Source: a virus (lineage: Duplodnaviria > Heunggongvirae > Uroviricota > Caudoviricetes). From it: a stretch of 64,000 nt of DNA. The translations under genes and the position numbers were made by a program. Location of the stretch: the IMG/VR virus record IMGVR_UViG_2654587772_000002. One strand, written 5' to 3'. Below, in pieces: positions 21,601 to 30,045 of this stretch. The notes beneath the pieces were generated by a model. The model ran no database searches. It was given only the letters and a program-made list of their open reading frames with translations, and was not told the origin of the DNA. Each line of letters starts with the position of its first letter. The first letter of the stretch is position 1.

Positions 21601-22444
21601 TCTCAGCCATCTCTGCCGGATGTTTGCGCATCAGCACCACATCAACGACTGTACTGGTCCCGTTTGCGTCAAAAGTACCGGTAGGCAAGCGGTGAGCGCC
21701 AAGAAATTCAGCTTTACGGGATAAGCGCAGGCGTAACCGCTTCATGTTTGAACCTGAAACAATGGACGGCGGCACAATCACGCACATGAATCCGCCTGGC
21801 TTTATCTTGTCCAGCATGCGGAGCATGAAGTAAGAACCCATGTCCGTTTCTTCTGCGTAAGGCTTATCGATGTTGCGTGTGTTATCACGACCGCCGAACG
21901 GAACGTTACCCACAACATGGTCGAATGAATCGTTAGGCGTGCTTATAGCCAGCTGTTCGAACGGGGAAATCTGTACGCTGTCTTCCGGGTGTAACAACTG
22001 GTTTATACGACCGGAAACACTGCTGATCTCAGTCGCGGTCATCACCGTACCAACCGGTTTTGTCTCATTAAAAACGCCGGTTCCCGCCGATGGTTCCAGA
22101 GTGTTACCTACGTCCGCGCCGTAGAGCTTCATGATCTCCCAGACACCTTCAGCGATCGGCTTTGGTGTGTAATATTCGGAGACGGACCCGCCAATGCCGC
22201 CTTCACCGGTGTACCCAGCCAGGATCTGGCGCTGTTCATCTGTCAGTGTCGCGCCGTCCACCAGCGAATTAAGCAAATCTATCGCCTTCTGATTCGCCTC
22301 CCGGCGCAGTCGGTCATAGCTTTTGCCTTCCACCTTTTCCACGCCGTATTTAATCGGCGCTCGGTGAGATGTTATTGCCCTAATGTATTTCAATATTTCG
22401 CTGACACTTGAACAGCAAAACACCCCCATAAATAGCTTGTTCAT
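15677..22444 (-). CDS. darB: DarB antirestriction protein (2255 aa; N6-adenine methyltransferase-like + DExH helicase domains)
   Basis: Exactly 2255 aa; NVPFGG methyltransferase-like motif, DEGHNYRN helicase motif II. Confidence 0.85.
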   Translation of the reverse strand: MNKLFMGVFCCSSVSEILKYIRAITSHRAPIKYGVEKVEGKSYDRLRREANQKAIDLLNSLVDGATLTDEQRQILAGYTGEGGIGGSVSEYYTPKPIAEGVWEIMKLYGADVGNTLEPSAGTGVFNETKPVGTVMTATEISSVSGRINQLLHPEDSVQISPFEQLAISTPNDSFDHVVGNVPFGGRDNTRNIDKPYAEETDMGSYFMLRMLDKIKPGGFMCVIVPPSIVSGSNMKRLRLRLSRKAEFLGAHRLPTGTFDANGTSTVVDVVLMRKHPAEMAEKIPLVDESTLESANVLWPTFISGKWFEKDGRRFVHGTQEKGFQGRIEVRADGQIDNQALKAKLIHRFESRIDWSLLDMAEPSPTADVVGEGEMRLINGVWQKYAGGRWIEADAGKELKIDAASYGADSWEALQRNLTTTEGRLGMTFTQMANVRDKYTTSISDDMVQLVDWINSQPEKYRERLYRGAMIGRMLIEYQDMKAAGHSAEQIEQQRLSLVSRLQAEIDRFGNPGRGPIAKLSGSGARAWFAFRGAIKLDGSISDELTGKLVTHDSSASYDSNSYQDTLRYLYSDLTRDPIQLDDFRLAFTGELPASDDELLNLLASTPGIAVSPYGGIVPFARATSGDINEIVAPKQEFLATLPDGPVKNNVLNQLAAIEEKRIKTPAENIRFKLNSRWFDRSVILEFLQENGYPDLRYVQSVQLEGDEMVSDTYHGGDGLFVGHRYGVVQRKDKETGEIRYEWDRKSGENATGFPAQLEKYLNGARIGGKDSATANGYREQMALLEDQFNKWIKTHDRYDELVAKYNDVFNSNIPYEHSGDPLGLKGLSGKRQPFDYQNSEVRRLSEDGRGILGFGTGLGKTTTALALEAFNYENGRSTRTAYVVPKAVLENWYYEAKEFLSEEAFSNYLFVGLDVLMDGDQIRQVPVLDENGKPVVGADGTPVMRDALKLADEATITARMNAIPHSNYRAVVFTKEQYARIPLRDDTVDEHAQDMLYDFVAARRVASAMDSDSHRKEAARRRVLSEYSDTGTEKAEKYPYFEDMGFDSVIADEGHNYRNSYKNGREASQLAYLPTSAVAQSARDMAIKNAYLMKKNGGRGPVLLTATPVVNTPIDAYNMLSHVLPKEYWQKMGIYGPDDFVKFFGKTRLETVQKISGEVEEKMALVGFENLDALRGIFHRWVTLKTAEDVKDTVEIPELDEHQQDAPLTEEQLAAYEELRQQAEAAAKANNGVMTSVNEDGVIEHEKARPIFSIIRDMDRVCTDMDLYYRRITYRFLPEYADAVQQLADSLPKQATSEDDDSDDSITQQSQYSLIDKGEFIQLQVPEAFEQEVNKRLAKFGIDEQTVTHPVTPKYAKLIATLKEFFPEGKQIIFTDEKTQHQKLKRIICNALNLEPSKVGILNAQTVAEAGKTGKKLKAVKPPKELPDEPTDAQIAKYNEQIALYDAYIAQQNEMSLGGLEKIAADFQEGRTPIIICNKKAEVGINLHRGTTDIHHLTLPWTPASIAQRNGRGARVGSNRASVRVHYYCGKGSFDEYRLKTLKRKAGWISDILRSDKSEMENADANDMIEMQMYTAKDDGERLAMMQVQMDKAKAAQRARQKEQATIDLQNYIKAQHAAGEDVEVLTAELERSKAELEKTTADVAKFKQAVMAKAADNADWKARWGSVHHTDRTLLAQYRASLKSAIQRKANISQAISRYEKLLNRTQKAATDIKRLRPLVEDAINKGILDVDPDLVNHASEFLIIGDRSWRVGQYYDCAGDIVRIKSLDFDSLRADVEIIFTFKGTKSGNWDVKTLDKQVDVTPDEDAVMQKISGGVSIAGINDIISCDDFYRFQQRGMIKITDSYGVQTTESGYSIDFVGTYTDPLKHAVYPDRRDVALKSSIAKWVLGMMSEGNNRQIRSAETFLVELFGSNYGDVIASYGDTLSPEAIQEKIADAIARMPEKTSQGATRNGDSELEVTNAIFGTNEFRASDYEITTAQFGTIGIYSNKAEIKQAMDAASARIAAEREANLNHAVAALTQSWVTAIREAATTGKITPAIADVVNDGSKFMDAYQMDAVKLPSAYGQLSYRMTYNLVSMFSDLAILGLVDLNEVTPELLSMRKNHVEILQRINTVLAGRTDEEKQADADRINLALGNITEEEIAARNEKQEELSSIQGDATSIAQSLGLNYRVSTADLKMMYAPKFAAGEVFGLQEASGMKGVLFRAKDAIKAKFGARWLPAKAKNSDFPGNWWIIETKHNVADVLAVIQQYA

Positions 22445-22510
22445 TGGTAATCCTTAACAAGTGACTAGTGTTAAATTCCGTTCAAACACGATGCGAATTA
22501 TTCTAATTAA

Positions 22511-24241
<1,731 letters not shown>

Positions 24242-25516
24242 ACGGCAAACATTCCCAATTCACAGAGTCCGACCTAAACCACATGAAGCGGCTTAGGAAT
24301 TACAGACTCTCCAAGGGCTAACACTGCCAGCCCGGCAGCTTTTATATTACGGGCCGCGTTAATATCACGATCATGCTCTGCGCCACATTCCGGGCAGTGC
24401 CATTTACGAATATTAAGAGGCATTTTTTGCATGGTGAAGCCGCAACTGCTGCAACGTTTGGAAGAAGGGAAATACTGGTCGATAGCGACAATGCTACGTC
24501 CACCCCATTCTCCTTTGTACTGGAGTTGGCGTACAAGTTCGCTCCAGCCTGCGTCAGCTATTGCTTTAGACAGCTTCGGGTTACGGATCATGTTTTTCAC
24601 TTTAAGGGATTCGACGCAAACAACTTGGTTTTCGTTAATCAGTTTGCGGGACAACTTATGCAGGTTATCCATCCGACAATCGACTATTCTCGCGTGGAGG
24701 CGGGCAACCTTTAAACGTGCTTTGGCGCGGTTCTTTGAGCCTTTTTGTTTCTTGCTCAATCTGCGCTGTAACACTGCTAATCGCTTCGCGTATTTAGCGT
24801 TGTGTCGAGGATTGCCAGTTTTAAAACCGGTATCGGTGACGAACAAATCTTTTAAACCAATATCAATGCCGACCGTGGAAACGGTGATCGGCAGTGATAC
24901 AGGCTCAAACTCGCAGAGACAGGATACAAAATATCGTCCGGCAGCATCCCTGGTGATAGTGACAGTGGATGGAGCAGACGGCAACGGACGGCTCCAGCGA
25001 ACATCTAACGGCTCTTTGCTCTTTGCCATGTACAGCTTGCCGTCACGGTATTTAAATGCGCTGGCAGTTAGTTCTGCGGCCTGTTTATGCCGCTTGCTCT
25101 TAAAAACTGGGTATGCAGCACGCCCGGCGAAAAAGTTAGCAAAAGCCGTTTGTTGGTGGCGCAGAGACTGCTGGAGGGGGACGCAGGAAACGTCATTCAG
25201 CCAAGCGAATTCTGGTTCTTTTTTCAGTGCCGTTAATTTGGCGCTGGCTTGTGCATAGCCGACCCTCTCATGGCGTGCGTAGTACGCATCGGTGCGCCAG
25301 CGAAGGAGGCTGTTATAGACAAAACGCACACACCCAAAAGTCCGGGCTAATAGCTCGGTTTGTTCGGGAGTTGGATAGAATCGATATTTATAGGCACGCT
25401 TCATGTTCTATATAATACATTGAAACTAATGAGTATATAAATGAATACACGGACGAAAATGTTATCAAAGCCAATATACCAACAGACATTAGGTAAGGTA
25501 GCTGGAGGGCAATATA
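24242..25516 (-). mobile_element. IS200/IS605-family tnpB-only element (IS1341-type) inserted between portal and protease genes
   Basis: Intact TnpB ORF fills the intergenic space; no tnpA; boundaries approximate. Confidence 0.55.
24274..25404 (-). CDS. tnpB: TnpB (OrfB) RNA-guided endonuclease-like transposase accessory protein (376 aa)
   Basis: N-terminal MKRAYKYRFYPTPEQ, RuvC-like core and C-terminal zinc finger CSSCG...CPECG. Confidence 0.85.
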   Translation of the reverse strand: MKRAYKYRFYPTPEQTELLARTFGCVRFVYNSLLRWRTDAYYARHERVGYAQASAKLTALKKEPEFAWLNDVSCVPLQQSLRHQQTAFANFFAGRAAYPVFKSKRHKQAAELTASAFKYRDGKLYMAKSKEPLDVRWSRPLPSAPSTVTITRDAAGRYFVSCLCEFEPVSLPITVSTVGIDIGLKDLFVTDTGFKTGNPRHNAKYAKRLAVLQRRLSKKQKGSKNRAKARLKVARLHARIVDCRMDNLHKLSRKLINENQVVCVESLKVKNMIRNPKLSKAIADAGWSELVRQLQYKGEWGGRSIVAIDQYFPSSKRCSSCGFTMQKMPLNIRKWHCPECGAEHDRDINAARNIKAAGLAVLALGESVIPKPLHVV

Positions 25517-26536
25517 ATGACTGATGTTTTGAAAACGGTCACTGACCGCTTTTGTCTCTATAGCAATGCTCGAAAAGGTCGCCAGAACGGGCGACAGTAT
25601 GTATTAAGCGCGGTTAAGACCATGCTTGAAAGCAAGGAAACTCAGGAAGGTTTACGCCTTGGAGAGCTTTTCGGCTATTACGGTCACGGTCGCCGACAGC
25701 TGACCGGCAAACTGGAAGTACCAGAAACCAGCGTAATCATGGTGGAAGGTCGCCCGGTCGTAATCGACAATGTTCCAGCGTGCCGCACAGTGGCTATATC
25801 CGTTGACGACAACGGCATCGTTACCCATACACAGGAAATTCTTAACACAGAGCCGGGTAAAATTGTCGCCGCGATGATCGAAAGCCGAGCTGGTGGCTGG
25901 AGCTGGGCCACTGGCGGGCGTGAGTCCGGGAAAATCGCTGTAACCACCAGCTTCCATGGTGTGGATTATGTGACAACGCCGAACTATATCAGTCTGGATC
26001 ATCCTGCCAGCGCCGGAATGTTTGAAAGCGCGGATTCTAAATCTTTACTGGCAGAGTCCCTGGCGGCGCATGGGTACTCCGACGAGTCAGTGCAGGCCGT
26101 TATATCCCATTACGGCAAAATGGCTGAACTGGAAATGATGGTGGAGGCGACAGAGCGTACGGCAGAACTGGAAACTGCACTACTCGAAAGCCAGGGCCGC
26201 CACCTCGAAGCAATGGCCAAGATCGCAGATGCTGAAGCGCGAATCGCTTTGCTGGAGGAAACAGCGGGTATCCGCGACGATGTGCTGGCAGCAATGCAAG
26301 ACGAACTGGATAACCTCCCGATCTTCGTCTCCGCCGCCCAAAAAGACGCATTCCGCCTCAAAGAACCTGGTGATGCAAAAATCGTTGCCACACTTTTCGA
26401 ATCTCTGATCAAAGTTGGCGCACGCAACTTGCCTGTCACCAAGAAAATTAAGGAGGTTCCGCAAGCGGCTAACGTCCAGGCACCGCGTGAGACAAGCATC
26501 ATCACGTTTAATAATTCAATCAATCCGTTTAAATAA
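25517..26536 (+). CDS. Head processing protease Pro-like (339 aa)
   Basis: Synteny with P1 pro. Confidence 0.5.
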   Translation: MTDVLKTVTDRFCLYSNARKGRQNGRQYVLSAVKTMLESKETQEGLRLGELFGYYGHGRRQLTGKLEVPETSVIMVEGRPVVIDNVPACRTVAISVDDNGIVTHTQEILNTEPGKIVAAMIESRAGGWSWATGGRESGKIAVTTSFHGVDYVTTPNYISLDHPASAGMFESADSKSLLAESLAAHGYSDESVQAVISHYGKMAELEMMVEATERTAELETALLESQGRHLEAMAKIADAEARIALLEETAGIRDDVLAAMQDELDNLPIFVSAAQKDAFRLKEPGDAKIVATLFESLIKVGARNLPVTKKIKEVPQAANVQAPRETSIITFNNSINPFK

Positions 26537-26549
26537 CCACCAAAAATAA

Positions 26550-26567
26550 CCCCGGCAGCTGCCGGGG
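26550..26567. terminator. Palindromic hairpin CCCCGGCAG/CTGCCGGGG between convergent pro and a minus-strand small ORF
   Basis: Perfect 9-bp palindrome. Confidence 0.5.
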
Positions 26568-26580
26568 TTCTCGTTAACTA

Positions 26581-26835
26581 TTATCGCCTTCGTGCCATAT
26601 ATTTGCGCACCGCGCGGCGTGGACAATCTGAAGCGGTTTCTTTCTGCTGCATCAATCTCGCAGCCATGCTCAAAAATGTCAGGCACAGCCGAAGCCCGGC
26701 ATACAATAGCGGTTCCAGTGGCCACGTCTCATTGAGCACATATACCGCCATGAAAATCGAGTCAAAAACTATCGCCGCCAGCGATAACTTCATTGTCGAA
26801 AGTCGGCGGAGCTGCCGGAGTTTATTCATTGACAA
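26581..26835 (-). CDS. Small two-TM membrane protein immediately downstream of lyz (possible lysis accessory protein)
   Basis: Two hydrophobic segments and basic C-terminus; overlaps lyz 3' end; could also start at internal Met (26793). Confidence 0.3.
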   Translation of the reverse strand: MSMNKLRQLRRLSTMKLSLAAIVFDSIFMAVYVLNETWPLEPLLYAGLRLCLTFLSMAARLMQQKETASDCPRRAVRKYMARRR

Positions 26836-27379
26836 GCCCCGTCAGGCAAAGCTGGCGTTCTTTTTCACGGCGAATCTTTAAACCTCGCAGGGGCACGCCG
26901 TTACTGTTCACGAAATCAGGGAGATGGTTACACATATTCACCCATTCCCCTTTCTGCGCCCACTTGTGGATGGACGTTTCTACTCGCATGCCTCGCGCTT
27001 TGCTGTAGTAGGTCCGTAAGCTATTGCATCCCATATTGAATGCCGCGCTTGTCATTGCACTGAAGGCATTATCGGGCATGTCTTTGCCCCGGAAGTGCTG
27101 ATTAATACAGCGTTCAGCGATCAGGATATTCTTTTCCCAATCAGCGGCGATTTGCTGGTCGGTTTTTCGCACACCCGGCGTTACCCCGTGTGTATTACCG
27201 ATCCCGTCAGTCCATACCCCCGCCGGGCACATGTATGGATCACGTCGGCAACCTTCAGCGTTACCAATCTGCTCAAGCCCCGCCTGGTTGGTTCGCACAT
27301 TGCCATTACCCATCACGATGGTAATCATCACCGCGATAGCGCAAATTGCACCGCCTCCTGCGGCTGTTTTTCCCTTCAT
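26822..27379 (-). CDS. lyz: SAR-type endolysin Lyz (T4 lysozyme fold), ~185 aa from ATG 27379
   Basis: N-terminal hydrophobic SAR segment MKGKTAAGGGAICAIAVMITIVMGNG; SD GAGG 7 nt upstream; ORF track N-extension rejected. Confidence 0.8.
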   Translation of the reverse strand: MKGKTAAGGGAICAIAVMITIVMGNGNVRTNQAGLEQIGNAEGCRRDPYMCPAGVWTDGIGNTHGVTPGVRKTDQQIAADWEKNILIAERCINQHFRGKDMPDNAFSAMTSAAFNMGCNSLRTYYSKARGMRVETSIHKWAQKGEWVNMCNHLPDFVNSNGVPLRGLKIRREKERQLCLTGLVNE

Positions 27380-27512
27380 AAAGACCTCATAAGCGAATTT
27401 TTTACGCTCCAGGACAAACACCCATTCACAGCCAATACCGACTGACTCGATCCCTTTAGAAGGCACAGGATAATGCAAATCACTTGTTAGCTACGTTTCA
27501 AAGATATACATT

Positions 27513-27529
27513 ATTGCTCTAATTAATTT
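27513..27529 (+). promoter_or_regulatory. C1 operator (ATTGCTCTAATTAATTT) upstream of ssb
   Basis: Consensus match 20 nt upstream of ssb start. Confidence 0.55.
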
Positions 27530-27548
27530 ATTTTATTAGGTAAGATAA

Positions 27549-28037
27549 GTGGCACAACGCGGTGTAAACAAAGTCATCCTGATTGGTACCCTGGGGCAAG
27601 ACCCGGAGATCAGGTATATACCAAATGGCGGAGCGGTCGGAAGACTCAGCATCGCAACGAATGAATCATGGCGCGACAAGCAAACTGGCCAACAGAAAGA
27701 GCAAACAGAATGGCATAAAGTCGTTTTGTTCGGAAAACTTGCTGAAATTGCGAGTGAATATTTACGAAAAGGTTCTCAGGTCTACATCGAAGGGAAACTT
27801 AAAACCCGTAAGTGGACAGATGACGCCGGTGTAGAACGTTACACGACGGAAATTATCGTCAGCCAGGGCGGCACCATGCAAATGATCGGCGCTCGCCGTG
27901 ACGATTCACAGTCCTCAAATGGCTGGAGGCAATCAAACCAACCTCAAAACCACCAGCAATACAGCGGTGGCGGTAAACCTCAGAGCAACGCCAATAACGA
28001 ACCTCCAATGGACTTTGACGACGATATTCCGTTTTGA
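27549..28037 (+). CDS. ssb: Single-stranded DNA-binding protein (162 aa)
   Basis: Near-identity in pattern to E. coli SSB N-terminus ([23 protein letters not shown]...) and acidic DDDIPF tail. Confidence 0.95.
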   Translation: MAQRGVNKVILIGTLGQDPEIRYIPNGGAVGRLSIATNESWRDKQTGQQKEQTEWHKVVLFGKLAEIASEYLRKGSQVYIEGKLKTRKWTDDAGVERYTTEIIVSQGGTMQMIGARRDDSQSSNGWRQSNQPQNHQQYSGGGKPQSNANNEPPMDFDDDIPF

Positions 28038-28234
28038 ATGTGTAAAAAACGACTGAAAGAAAAGCGGTGGTCCAAACGCCAACAAAAGCACGAACTCGCT
28101 AAAAAACGCCAAAGTTGGCAATGGCACGCGCTTTTCACGAAAAGAACACCCCGAGATATTGCTTTCGCTGGTGGGAAAACATTCCTGACCCACCTGAAGG
28201 CGCAATACATCAGGTTTTAAGCAGAGGAAAGACT

Positions 28235-28912
28235 ATGAATAACATGACAACGAAAGAGCTTTTGACGGCACTTCCAAAATACAAAAGCCATAAAACAGTT
28301 CGTGCCTCAAAAATCAAAGATATCGAAATTATCGCCCTAATGGATGTGGTCCTTCTTTGCAACATCGAAGTCGTTGAGCCAGAAGGGGTAAAAGTCCATG
28401 TTGATAAAATGTTTTTGCAAAAACACCGACCAGAAATTGGCGGATATCTGGTCGCTTACGAGGACGGATCTCTGTCCTATTCACCAGAAAAAACATTTGA
28501 AGAAGGCTTTAGTCGGACTAACGACTTCTTCGAAAATGGGGTATCGCTCAGCATTGAAGGTCACAACGGGGTGACATTCATTACAGCCAAGGACGTAACT
28601 ATTTCTGCTGGCGGTATCGCTACTCTACAAGAAGAAATCGACCTTGAAGCAGCCGACTTTTCTGACGCGCTGATGTGGCTGAAGGATGGCAAGAAAGTTG
28701 CTCGACGCGGGTGGAACGGCGAAAACCAATTCTGCTGGCTGGTTCCTGAAGGACAGTACCCGGCACGAATGGAAGCCATTAAGGGATATTTCCCCGGCGA
28801 CCTCGTTCCGTATGGTGCTTATTTCGCCTTAAAAAATGCACAAGGTGTAGTTGTTCCGTGGGTTCCTTCTGTAGGCGACTTACTGGCATGTGACTGGTTT
28901 GTAGTGGAGTGA
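28235..28912 (+). CDS. Two-domain protein: unknown N-domain + C-terminal DUF2829-like (Tad2-like) domain
   Basis: C-terminal ~85 aa ALMWLKDGKKVARRGWNG...PWVPSVGDLLACDWFVVE matches my recollection of the DUF2829 signature; start chosen at ATG 28235 with SD. Confidence 0.5.
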   Translation: MNNMTTKELLTALPKYKSHKTVRASKIKDIEIIALMDVVLLCNIEVVEPEGVKVHVDKMFLQKHRPEIGGYLVAYEDGSLSYSPEKTFEEGFSRTNDFFENGVSLSIEGHNGVTFITAKDVTISAGGIATLQEEIDLEAADFSDALMWLKDGKKVARRGWNGENQFCWLVPEGQYPARMEAIKGYFPGDLVPYGAYFALKNAQGVVVPWVPSVGDLLACDWFVVE

Positions 28913-28918
28913 TTTAAC

Positions 28919-29707
28919 GTGGAAAATACTAAAGCAATTCAATACCGCCTGCGTAATGGCCAGAGTGTCGAAGTGACCATCAATAATGATGGTGTACCTG
29001 GCGAAAAGGTTTCTATCTCTGATCTGGCTATCGAAAAAACCATCATGTGCCACCTTGGCTTTACTGAAGAAGTGAGCAAAAAGCATGGTGTAGCTATCTG
29101 GCGAACAATGGATACTGGCATGCGCAGATTCATTACCGCTCGTACCCCAGGTATGACCATGATGGACCTCATGCAGATTGCGCCGCTGTTTGAGTGTGAA
29201 CCTTTGGATGTATTCAGCAATCCAGCTATCTGCCAGCAGTTATATGGTGAGATGAAACTCGCGGTTACCCCCATTGTGCTGCATGAAGGATCGCTTGCTG
29301 GCGTATGGAAAGTAGAGCGAATTTCAAGCTATATGCCCTTCCACATCCATGTCAACGGCGTAATCGCAGGTGAAAATCAACCTGTTTCAGTTACAAAGTC
29401 AGACCTCAAGCGCGCAATTCTTGAAGCAAGTTGTCGAGTTATCGGCCTGGGCAAACAGTCTTATGTTTTCTTCCCGGCTGGCCCTGAAGGCCCGGCAGAA
29501 ATTCTGATTATGGATGCCGATCTGCTCTGGCAAATACAGTTTCTGATTGGCAAAAGCATCATCCGCGCTGAAGAACTCGATCAGTACATTACCTGCACGA
29601 TGACGGATGAAGTCAAAAGTGTGGCTATAGCCAATGCCCGGAACCTATGTCGTGCTGCATTAACAGAACTGCAAGAAAACACCACGGAAGAAGTGGAAAG
29701 CGATTAA
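28919..29707 (+). CDS. Hypothetical protein (262 aa)
   Basis: ORF, GTG start 6 nt after previous stop, followed by hairpin terminator. Confidence 0.45.
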   Translation: MENTKAIQYRLRNGQSVEVTINNDGVPGEKVSISDLAIEKTIMCHLGFTEEVSKKHGVAIWRTMDTGMRRFITARTPGMTMMDLMQIAPLFECEPLDVFSNPAICQQLYGEMKLAVTPIVLHEGSLAGVWKVERISSYMPFHIHVNGVIAGENQPVSVTKSDLKRAILEASCRVIGLGKQSYVFFPAGPEGPAEILIMDADLLWQIQFLIGKSIIRAEELDQYITCTMTDEVKSVAIANARNLCRAALTELQENTTEEVESD

Positions 29708-29710
29708 AAA

Positions 29711-29734
29711 AAATCCCGCCGATTGGCGGGATTT
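29711..29734. terminator. Bidirectional hairpin terminator AAATCCCGCC-GATT-GGCGGGATTT
   Basis: 10-bp perfect stem flanked by A-run and T-run. Confidence 0.7.
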
Positions 29735-29736
29735 CT

Positions 29737-30045
29737 TCAATATACGATCTGGTCTACATGATCACCAAAATCATCGTCGTCGTCCTCATCGCCACCATCT
29801 ACTGCTGGCCAATCAACAAACCAGCCAGCGTAAAGATGCAGCGTTCGGAGAACATCACTTGCGGGAGCATCAAGGGTGTTAACGAATCCCATATAGCTAT
29901 TGGGATTTGCTCCAGCTATGGCTTCAGCGATCATGTCCTCGGTAATGTCACCGGAGATAATGCTTAAACGCCCGGAAACTTCTTCATTATCATCAAATTC
30001 GATAATGGCATCTCCGCCTAATGGCGCTGCGATTTTAATCTGCAT
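29737..30045 (-). CDS. Hypothetical acidic protein (102 aa), last gene of dar operon
   Basis: Start overlaps ddrB stop; poly-Asp C-terminal region. Confidence 0.45.
   Translation of the reverse strand: MQIKIAAPLGGDAIIEFDDNEEVSGRLSIISGDITEDMIAEAIAGANPNSYMGFVNTLDAPASDVLRTLHLYAGWFVDWPAVDGGDEDDDDDFGDHVDQIVY

Noticed and set aside
22470-22486. Weak C1 operator-like sequence (ATTATTCTAATTAAGGT) upstream of the portal gene
   Set aside because: Only ~12/17 consensus match; not reported as a feature
24431-25258. 275-aa plus-strand ORF antisense to tnpB
   Set aside because: Entirely within the tnpB coding region on the opposite strand, Arg/Ser/Leu-rich with no domain pattern; shadow ORF
26822-27478. 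218-aa form of the lysozyme ORF from the ORF track
   Set aside because: N-terminal extension lacks a ribosome-binding site; ATG at 27379 has an SD and yields the expected SAR N-terminus
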